From the NCBI RefSeq assembly GCF_022701215.1, contig NZ_CP089976.1, positions 120,001 to 152,000 on the forward strand: DNA of 32,000 bases, written 5' to 3'. This document shows, in pieces, positions 25,059-32,000 of this stretch (the first letter of the stretch is position 1; the number at the start of each line of letters is the position of its first letter). The stretch is from Moraxella nasovis (GTDB lineage: Bacteria; Pseudomonadota; Gammaproteobacteria; Pseudomonadales; Moraxellaceae). Under the pieces are notes generated by a model. That model saw only the letters and a list, made by a program, of their open reading frames with translations, made no database searches and was not told the DNA's origin. The position numbers and the translations under genes are program-made.

Positions 25059-27227
25059 TTAAAAATCATTCAATTTAATGCGTTTTAATCGCAATGCATT
25101 TGCCAAAACCGAAATGGAGCTTAACGCCATCATCGCTGCTGCATATATCGGCGTAAGCACGCCGACTGCCGCAAAACCAATGCCGACAATGTTATAAATA
25201 AATGCAAAAAACAGGTTTTGTTTAATGTTTTTTAAAGTTAGCTTGGCAATTTTATAAGCATAATAAGCGTGTGCAATCGACTTACCCGCCAATATGGCAT
25301 TTGCTGAATGCTTGGCGACATCTGTACCTTCGCCCATAGCGAAACTTACGCTTGCCATTTTCATCGCAGGCGTGTCATTCACCCCATCACCAATCATAGC
25401 CACACGATATTGCTGTTTAAGACTGGCAACTTTTTTAGCTTTATCGGTAGGTGATAGCCCCCCAAATACATGCATAATCCCAAGCTCACCTGCCACATCA
25501 TCAGCCACGCTTTGTTTATCACCACTTAATATCGCCACCGATACTTGTTCGGCTTCAAGCTTTTTAATGACAGCTTTAGCGTGCTGATCAAGCTCATCTG
25601 TCATTGCAATCATTGCAATCAGTGTGTCATTTATCGCAACCATCACAATGCTTGCAGAATCCCAGAAGTTCTCTTGGGTTATCAAGCCTTCTAGCACCTG
25701 CTCAAAGTCTTTGGCATTGACAAACTTAGGTGAGCCGACCTTAACCACGCCTACGCCCATAATCTCACCTACCACGCCTTGACCAACAAGATTATTTGCG
25801 TGTGTTACGGTGTAAAGCTCAATGGCTTTATCTTTTGCTGCTTGCACAATGCTTGTCGCTAGCGGATGATTGGCGTGCTGCTCAAGACTTGCGGCAATAC
25901 CAAGCACTTCATCACCCGTCTTACTTTTATCAAACAGATGAATACTACGAATGCTTGGCTTACCAAGCGTTAATGTTCCTGTCTTATCAAACGCCATCAT
26001 ATCAATGCTGCCAGCAAGTTCAAGACTAGGAGCGTCTTTAAATTGCACGCCGTGTGATGTTGCAACGCCCATACCCGCCATAATGGCAACTGGCGTCGCA
26101 AGCCCCAAAGCACAAGGGCAGGCAACGACAAGCACAGCAACCGCTCTCATGAGTGCAGCATCAAACTGCGACAGCCACAGATAATTCGCCACAAAAACAA
26201 GTAAGGCAATGACCACAACTGCTGGCACAAACACGCCTGCCACTTTATCAGCAAGGCGTGCAATATTTGCTTTAGAACCATAAGCTGCTTGTAATGCTGA
26301 CATCACATCACCCAACGCCGTATCACGTCCCATTGCCGTCGCCTGATACTCAAAGCTGCCATCCATAATAACGCTGCCTGCAAGCACAGTATCGCCTTGC
26401 TGCTTAGTGATAGCACGGCTTTCGCCTGTTAAGTGAGCTTCATTGGTAATGCCAACGCCCTTTGTAATCGTGCCATCTACGGCAATTTTATCCCCCATAC
26501 GACCCAGCAAAACATCGCCTATATTTAGCGTATCAATAGAACGCTCTTTCCAAGAATCGCCCACCTTTACCGACACAGTACTTGGTAATAACTCCATGAG
26601 CAGTGCCATACTGTCTAAGCTTTGTTTTTTGGTACGCATTTCAAGAAATTTACCCAAGCTGATGAACAAAATCACCATAACAGACGCTTCAAAGTACACA
26701 TGATGCCCGTCAGCCCATTGCCAAACATATAGCGAATACAGCCAAATGACGCTTGTACCGAGTGCCACAAGCACATCCATATTAGCAAGACCGCCTTTAA
26801 GTGAATCGTAAGCCCCTTTATAAAAACGCCACCCAAAGCCAAATTGCACTATCGTTGCAAGAATAAACTGCACCCAAATCGGTGGCATGAGTGCATGCGA
26901 GCCTACCATCATGCCAAGCATACCCACCCAAAATGGCAACGATAAAACCGCTAATGCTAAAATCTCCCATGGTGCTTTTGTGGCGGTGCCTAACGTCTCA
27001 TCAGTATGATTGTCATTTATTGGCTTGGCTTGATAACCAGCTTTTTTAATCCACTCACAGATCTGTTCATCGCTGACGCCATCAGCTTGTATGCTTGCAG
27101 TTTCGCTTGCAAAATTAACCAAAGCTTGGGTAACGCCTGCTTTTTTATTTAAGACTTTTTCAATGCGTGTGGCACAAGCAGCACAGCTCATGCCATCAAT
27201 TTTAAAGCTTTGTTCGTGGGTTGCCAT
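25059..27227 (-). CDS. copA: Copper-translocating P1B-type ATPase
   Basis: 722-aa ORF with one N-terminal HMA domain (GMSCAACATRIEKV), TGES, the CPC metal site (ACPCALGLATP), the phosphorylation site DKTGTLT and the hinge GDGVNDTPA. Confidence 0.93.
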   Translation of the reverse strand: MATHEQSFKIDGMSCAACATRIEKVLNKKAGVTQALVNFASETASIQADGVSDEQICEWIKKAGYQAKPINDNHTDETLGTATKAPWEILALAVLSLPFWVGMLGMMVGSHALMPPIWVQFILATIVQFGFGWRFYKGAYDSLKGGLANMDVLVALGTSVIWLYSLYVWQWADGHHVYFEASVMVILFISLGKFLEMRTKKQSLDSMALLMELLPSTVSVKVGDSWKERSIDTLNIGDVLLGRMGDKIAVDGTITKGVGITNEAHLTGESRAITKQQGDTVLAGSVIMDGSFEYQATAMGRDTALGDVMSALQAAYGSKANIARLADKVAGVFVPAVVVIALLVFVANYLWLSQFDAALMRAVAVLVVACPCALGLATPVAIMAGMGVATSHGVQFKDAPSLELAGSIDMMAFDKTGTLTLGKPSIRSIHLFDKSKTGDEVLGIAASLEQHANHPLATSIVQAAKDKAIELYTVTHANNLVGQGVVGEIMGVGVVKVGSPKFVNAKDFEQVLEGLITQENFWDSASIVMVAINDTLIAMIAMTDELDQHAKAVIKKLEAEQVSVAILSGDKQSVADDVAGELGIMHVFGGLSPTDKAKKVASLKQQYRVAMIGDGVNDTPAMKMASVSFAMGEGTDVAKHSANAILAGKSIAHAYYAYKIAKLTLKNIKQNLFFAFIYNIVGIGFAAVGVLTPIYAAAMMALSSISVLANALRLKRIKLNDF

Positions 27228-27430
27228 GTCGGTCGCCTTTTATTATAGGTTTATTTATAGATAAGCATAAAGCATAAAAAAACAAGCCAAACTTACCTTT
27301 TAAATTGGGTTTATTGTGATTAATAGCATATTATTAACAAATCATAATTTGTACGAATAAAAATTTGTATGAATGATAAGATGGATAAAAACTTTTATGC
27401 CTCCCAATATCCACCGCTGCCATAAATCAC

Positions 27431-27468
27431 AAAAAAAAATGACCAATGTCTTACTAAGACTTATCGGT
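27431..27468 (-). terminator. Candidate rho-independent terminator downstream of argC
   Basis: The minus strand reads ACCGAT-AA-GTCT TAGTA AGAC-ATTGGT (6+4 bp stem with an AA bulge and one G-U pair), followed by CA and T9 (A9 on the + strand, 27431-27439). Confidence 0.5.
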
Positions 27469-27541
27469 TATTTATCATTTGGCTTTGTGTATGGGATTAT
27501 TATGCTTTTATAAATAGTACCAAGCCTAAACTACTTTTGCC

Positions 27542-28606
27542 TTATGGGCAGCTTGGCACAACATTAAGCCCCATTGATTCATCTAAGCCAAACATGATAT
27601 TCATATTTTGAATCGCTTGACCTGCTGCACCTTTTACCAGATTATCTTGCACAACCAACACAGTCAATGTATCGGTATCATTATCTTGATGCACGCCAAT
27701 TCTTAAGTAATTTGATGCTCGGCTCATGGCGGTTTTTGGAAGCAGTCCTTTTGGCAGTACATCAACAAAAATCTCATTTTTATAGACTTGCTCAAAAACG
27801 CCTTGCCAATCTACCGCTTTACCAAAATCGGTCAAGTGCAGATGAATGGTGCTAAACATTCCCCTTATCATAGGTACCAGATGTGGCACAAAGCGTATTT
27901 TTTGTTGAAATTTTGAGCCCAAAAGTTTATGAACGCCCTGCTCAATCTCTGGCAAATGGCGATGCCCTGCTACACCATAAGCACTAAAATTATCACCGCT
28001 TTCAGCAAAGTTTAGTTCAAGCTTGGCATTTCGCCCCGCACCAGAAATACCTGATTTGGCATCAATGATAATGTGCGACTCAATTAAGGGTTTATCTTGG
28101 GTATTTTGGGTGTCAATAACAGGCTTTAAGCCCAAAATTGCTGTGGTGGGATAACAGCCAGGATTGCCAATCACCATGGCTTGTTTTACCTGCTCTCGAT
28201 TTACTTCAGGCAGACCATACACCGCTGATTTTAAAAGATTAGGGCAGTCATGTGGCATGCCATACCATTTCTCAAAAGCTGCCAAATCCTGCAAGCGAAA
28301 ATCTGCTGCCAGGTCAATCACCTTGACACCATGCTCGGTTAATGCTACTGCATCTTTCATGGCGACCCCATGCGGTGTGGCAAAAAACACCACATCACAC
28401 CGCTTTAGCTCATCAATGCAGGCGTCGCTAAACACGACATCTACAAGCCCACGCAAACTTGGAAAAATCTCACTAATATGACGCCCCGCTTGACTACGTG
28501 ATGTTAAAAGCTCAATGTGTGCGTTTGGATGATTGACCAAAAGACGAATCAGCTCCACTCCTGTGTAGCCCGTACCACCGACAATAGCTACTTTGATTTT
28601 TGTCAT
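27542..28606 (-). CDS. argC: N-acetyl-gamma-glutamyl-phosphate reductase
   Basis: It has MTKIKVAIVGGTGYTGVELIRLL, the active-site GNPGCYPT and ArgC-like length. The track ORF begins at an upstream TTG (28624). The ATG at 28604-28606 is preceded by AGGAT and gives 354 aa. Confidence 0.93.
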   Translation of the reverse strand: MTKIKVAIVGGTGYTGVELIRLLVNHPNAHIELLTSRSQAGRHISEIFPSLRGLVDVVFSDACIDELKRCDVVFFATPHGVAMKDAVALTEHGVKVIDLAADFRLQDLAAFEKWYGMPHDCPNLLKSAVYGLPEVNREQVKQAMVIGNPGCYPTTAILGLKPVIDTQNTQDKPLIESHIIIDAKSGISGAGRNAKLELNFAESGDNFSAYGVAGHRHLPEIEQGVHKLLGSKFQQKIRFVPHLVPMIRGMFSTIHLHLTDFGKAVDWQGVFEQVYKNEIFVDVLPKGLLPKTAMSRASNYLRIGVHQDNDTDTLTVLVVQDNLVKGAAGQAIQNMNIMFGLDESMGLNVVPSCP

Positions 28607-28824
28607 GATAAATCCTAAAAACAAAAAATTATCAAAAATATAACAAATTTAACCAAAAACTGCCACGATTTTCATCAGCTTTCTTGGTAATTTACTAATA
28701 GATGGGGTTTTTTGGCTTTCATCTATCCATATTTCTAAAATTTTTGATGTTTTTTATGCTTAGCACTTGATAAAATCTCATTTTGCGTTATGCTATCGTG
28801 TTTAAACTTTTTATAAAATCTGTC

Positions 28825-29433
28825 ATGTGTAATTCATCTTATCAAAACGATTCAAACTTAGACCTTCATACGACCGCTGACCACTATGCTAACATCATCA
28901 AAAGCTGTGGTGAAGACTTAGAGCGAGAAGGCTTACTTGATACGCCCATGCGTGCTGCTAAGGCATTTCAATATCTAACACGTGGCTATCATCAGACGCT
29001 AGACGTCGTAGCAAATGACGCCATCTTTCCATCGGATAATCCTGAACTGGTTTTGGTTCAAAATATTGAATTTTATTCACTGTGTGAGCACCATATTTTG
29101 CCATTTTATGGCGTTGCTCATGTTGGTTATTTGCCAAATGGCAAGGTGCTTGGACTTTCTAAGGTTGCACGCCTTGTGGATATGTACGCACGCCGCCTAC
29201 AAATCCAAGAAAACCTTACCAAGCAAGTTGCCACCGCCATTCAAGAATTAACCGACTGTCATGGCGTAGCTGTCGTTATGGACGCTAGCCATATGTGTAT
29301 GATGATGCGCGGCGTTAGCAAACAACAATCCACCACTCGCACCATGAGTATGCTAGGTCAGCTCTCAGAAGATGCCCAAGCTCGCAATGAATTTTTATCC
29401 GCCATTCCACGAAGACCACCTGCGTTTGGCTAA
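28825..29433 (+). CDS. folE: GTP cyclohydrolase I (FolE type 1)
   Basis: It has [11 protein letters not shown], the zinc/active-site region [22 protein letters not shown], and [15 protein letters not shown]. The track ORF starts at a TTG (28783). The first in-frame ATG is at 28825 (202 aa). The start is uncertain. Confidence 0.9.
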   Translation: MCNSSYQNDSNLDLHTTADHYANIIKSCGEDLEREGLLDTPMRAAKAFQYLTRGYHQTLDVVANDAIFPSDNPELVLVQNIEFYSLCEHHILPFYGVAHVGYLPNGKVLGLSKVARLVDMYARRLQIQENLTKQVATAIQELTDCHGVAVVMDASHMCMMMRGVSKQQSTTRTMSMLGQLSEDAQARNEFLSAIPRRPPAFG

Positions 29434-29477
29434 TTTTTACTTTATCACTACCATTAATCCATCAAAAGGATCGCATT

Positions 29478-30611
29478 ATGAGCAATAAAATGACTGTGGG
29501 TTTGGTCGGCTATCGTGGCATGGTCGGCTCAGTACTTATGAATCGCATGGTTGAAGAAGGGGATTTTAACCACATCACACCGATATTTTTCTCAACAAGC
29601 AACCCAAATGGTCAAGCACCCAACTTTGATGGTGTAGCTCCAAGCACCCTAAAGGACGCTCACGACTTAACCGAGCTTGCCAAGTGCGACGTAATTATCA
29701 CCTGCCAAGGCGGTGATTACACCAAAGCCATTCATCAGCCCTTAAGAGATAGTGGCTGGAATGGTTATTGGATTGATGCGGCAAGTAGCTTACGCATGGA
29801 TGATAATGCCATCATCATCTTAGATCCTGTAAATCGTGATGTGATTGATACTGCCCTAGCCAGTGGCAAAAAAGACTTTATTGGTGGTAACTGCACGGTC
29901 AGTCTAATGCTTATGGCGATTGGCGAACTGTTTCGCCGTGACTGGGTGGAATGGGTCTCAGCCATGACTTACCAAGCTGCCAGCGGTGCTGGTGCAAATA
30001 ACATGAGAGAGCTTATCACAGGTATGGGCGTGCTGCACGATAGTGTTGCCGAAAAGCTTACTGACCCAGCTTCTGCCATTTTACAAATTGATCAAGCCAT
30101 TGCTGATACACAGCGTAGCGATACTTTCCCCACCAAGCATTTTGGTGCAGTATTAGCAGGTAGTCTAATTCCTTATATTGACAGCCAGCTTGACAACGGT
30201 CAATCTCGTGAAGAGTGGAAAGGACAAGCTGAAACCAATAAAATCCTAGGCAAGAACGATAGCAATCTTATCAATATCGATGGTATCTGCGTGCGTATCG
30301 GTGCGATGCGTTGCCACAGCCAAGCCTTAACCATTAAATTAAAAAAAGACATACCGCTTCATGAGATTGAACAAGCACTCATTGACAGCAAAAACCCTTG
30401 GCTTGATGTCGTGCCAAATGATAAAGCTGACAGCATGGAACGCTTAACACCTGTTGCAGTGACCGGCACATTAGGTATTGCTGTCGGTCGCTTACGCAAA
30501 ATGAACATGGGCAGCGAATACTTGACGGCGTTCACGGTGGGCGATCAGCTACTTTGGGGGGCTGCTGAACCACTTCGTCGTATGCTTGCCATCATTCAAG
30601 GACGTATCTAA
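29478..30611 (+). CDS. asd: Aspartate-semialdehyde dehydrogenase
   Basis: 377-aa ORF with [18 protein letters not shown], the active-site Cys in [12 protein letters not shown], and the gammaproteobacterial long Asd form. Confidence 0.95.
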   Translation: MSNKMTVGLVGYRGMVGSVLMNRMVEEGDFNHITPIFFSTSNPNGQAPNFDGVAPSTLKDAHDLTELAKCDVIITCQGGDYTKAIHQPLRDSGWNGYWIDAASSLRMDDNAIIILDPVNRDVIDTALASGKKDFIGGNCTVSLMLMAIGELFRRDWVEWVSAMTYQAASGAGANNMRELITGMGVLHDSVAEKLTDPASAILQIDQAIADTQRSDTFPTKHFGAVLAGSLIPYIDSQLDNGQSREEWKGQAETNKILGKNDSNLINIDGICVRIGAMRCHSQALTIKLKKDIPLHEIEQALIDSKNPWLDVVPNDKADSMERLTPVAVTGTLGIAVGRLRKMNMGSEYLTAFTVGDQLLWGAAEPLRRMLAIIQGRI

Positions 30612-30622
30612 CCTAAGCCAAC

Positions 30623-30651
30623 AAGCACATCGCCTACGGTGTGCTTTTTTT
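30623..30651 (+). terminator. Rho-independent terminator after asd
   Basis: AAGCACA (30623-30629) pairs with TGTGCTT (30640-30646) around a 10-nt loop, and the T-run continues to 30651. Confidence 0.7.
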
Positions 30652-30681
30652 GATAATCTCTAAATTTATACCATTTATCTT

Positions 30682-31704
30682 ATGAAATACCAAGACAACA
30701 CAACTTATATTATTTATGCAGGTGGCACTTTTGGCAGTCATGGTGTGCCTTTATCACCCTTGCAAGCTGACATTTTTTTACCCACGTTAAAAGACACACT
30801 AGACCACACCTTTCCCCAGCTATCTATTGATATTCTACCAAACAACTGTGTTAAAGATAGCAGTTCACTCACACCTGCTGACTTTGTACATTTTTATGAA
30901 TTAATCTTAACTTCTTATACCAAAGGGGCTAGGCATTTTGTCTTAATCACTGGTACAGATAGCCTAAGCTATTTGGCAGCATTTTTAGCAAATGCCTTTC
31001 ATGATTGCATGGATATGACGCTTGTCGTTACAGGCAGTATGCAGCCTTTATTTATACCTGACAACCCCGTTCATACCATCAATGCAGATAGTGACGCTTT
31101 GGCAAATCTATCAGGTGCTTTAGCTGTGGCACAAAGCTTATCGCATGGCGTATTTGTGCAGTTTAATGGTCATACATTTTTCGCTGATAACACCCAAAAA
31201 ATTAACAGCCAAGACAAGGACGCTTTTATCGGTACAGTCATAACCGAGAATAATAAACCTAAACCTAAGCCATACCACGCCAAAACTTGGCAAAACAACC
31301 GGTTGGCATCGCTAAATGCCCTACAAAGCCAAGCTAAGCATACGGTCATTTATCCTATTTTCGCTCTACCAAATGACGCTTGCGTATTAGATTATCAGCT
31401 AAATCATCTCCCAAAAGATACCAAAGCAGTCATCATGATTGCCTTTGGTGCTGGTAACTTGCCTTACAATTCATCACTCGCTGACACGCTCCAAAGCCTA
31501 GCTGATAATGATATCAAGGTTATATGTACCACACAATGCCCATTTGGCGGAGTTAGCACCGATTATGCTGCAGGCTCTTGGCAGTACCAGTATGGGGTTT
31601 TAAGTGGTCATGTGCTTAGCATTGCTGCAATTTTTGGGCGTGCATTATGGCTTAGCGTGAATAATCAGCTCAACGCCAACCACTGGCAACAGGGTCTAAA
31701 CTAA
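30682..31704 (+). CDS. Asparaginase-family protein (type I L-asparaginase-like)
   Basis: 340-aa ORF. The N-terminal IIYAGGTFGS matches the asparaginase TGGT(I/F)(A/G) nucleophile motif, and VLITGTDSLSY matches the HGTDTM block. Confidence 0.78.
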   Translation: MKYQDNTTYIIYAGGTFGSHGVPLSPLQADIFLPTLKDTLDHTFPQLSIDILPNNCVKDSSSLTPADFVHFYELILTSYTKGARHFVLITGTDSLSYLAAFLANAFHDCMDMTLVVTGSMQPLFIPDNPVHTINADSDALANLSGALAVAQSLSHGVFVQFNGHTFFADNTQKINSQDKDAFIGTVITENNKPKPKPYHAKTWQNNRLASLNALQSQAKHTVIYPIFALPNDACVLDYQLNHLPKDTKAVIMIAFGAGNLPYNSSLADTLQSLADNDIKVICTTQCPFGGVSTDYAAGSWQYQYGVLSGHVLSIAAIFGRALWLSVNNQLNANHWQQGLN

Positions 31705-32000
31705 TGATGCCCCAAACTTACGCCATAGGTATCGAGTTTATCGGCACCAATTATCGGGGCTGGCAACGCCAAGAAGAAGTCATCGGCGTGCAGGCAGTAA
31801 TAGAATACGCTCTTACAAGAATCGCTAATGAACCCATTGAGCTAATCGCAGCAGGTAGAACAGATGCAGGCGTCCATGCAGGCAATATGATTGCCCATTT
31901 TTGTACACACGCCAACCGCACCCCTTATAATTGGCTTCGTGGTGCTAACAGCTTACTTCCTGACGACATTGCCTTGCGGTGGCTTGTACCTATGCCAAGC
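31704..32000 (+). CDS. truA: tRNA pseudouridine(38-40) synthase TruA, N-terminal part (runs off the window)
   Basis: The ATG at 31704 overlaps the upstream stop (TAATG). My translation is MMPQTYAIGIEFIGTNYRGWQRQ...AAGRTDAGVHAGNMIAHF, which contains the TruA catalytic Asp motif GRTDAGVHA. Confidence 0.85.
   Translation, partial: MMPQTYAIGIEFIGTNYRGWQRQEEVIGVQAVIEYALTRIANEPIELIAAGRTDAGVHAGNMIAHFCTHANRTPYNWLRGANSLLPDDIALRWLVPMPS

Noticed and set aside
20020-26703. Nested ORFs in ffh (20020-20945), the ypjD-like gene (21459-22346), the PepSY gene (22450-22641), folD (23284-24131, including the 171-aa 23385-23900) and copA (25294-26703)
   Set aside because: Each lies within or opposite a strongly supported CDS. 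The 171-aa folD-internal frame is same-strand but out of frame and W/C-rich. None has family signatures.
28607-28824. ARG box, folate-related riboswitch or other regulatory element in the argC-folE divergent spacer (TGATAA-N17-TTATCA at 28607-28635; hairpin ATAGATG-N15-CATCTAT at 28698-28726)
   Set aside because: There is no match to the TNTGAATWWWWATTCANW ARG-box consensus and no recognisable riboswitch core. The dyads are short and AT-rich.
27667-29965. Nested ORFs in argC (27667-27855, 28164-28481), folE (29015-29251) and asd (29765-29965)
   Set aside because: The reasoning is the same: overlapping frames of well-supported genes with no independent evidence.

Overview
This is a ~40% G+C chromosomal segment from a gammaproteobacterium. 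The protein sequences and gene order look Moraxellaceae-like, but that is my inference and cannot be checked here. It is almost entirely housekeeping: msbA (partial), parB-parA-rsmG, a Lon-like protease, nth, aldB, apt, two NCS2 purine permeases, bcp, a glycosyltransferase, rsmJ, uppP, tsaB, ffh, a ypjD-like gene, a PepSY lipoprotein, folD, copA, argC, folE, asd, an asparaginase-like gene and truA (partial). I saw no rRNA, tRNA, CRISPR array, transposase or integrase.

The one accessory element is a visibly AT-richer ~2.3 kb insertion (16551-18899) wedged between uppP and tsaB. It carries an HhaI-family (GCGC-type) restriction-modification-derived module with an odd architecture:
- A 275-aa C5-methyltransferase ORF has an intact M.HhaI-like target-recognition region but an in-frame loss of catalytic motifs IV-VI.
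- A 142-aa ORF follows that carries only motifs I-VI.
- The two ORFs share a near-identical 53-bp 5' end and together hold one complete motif set.
- Next comes a translationally coupled 257-aa PD-(D/E)xK (DUF3883-like) nuclease, then an overlapping 83-aa strongly acidic protein of unknown function.

This is either a split, trans-complementing methyltransferase guarding a nuclease, a nuclease/inhibitor pair, or a decaying R-M system. GCGC tetranucleotides look scarce across the window by my manual count.

Minor observations are a small membrane-protein ORF split at an A7 tract, tandem repeats upstream of tsaB, and a repeat-rich copA-argC spacer.
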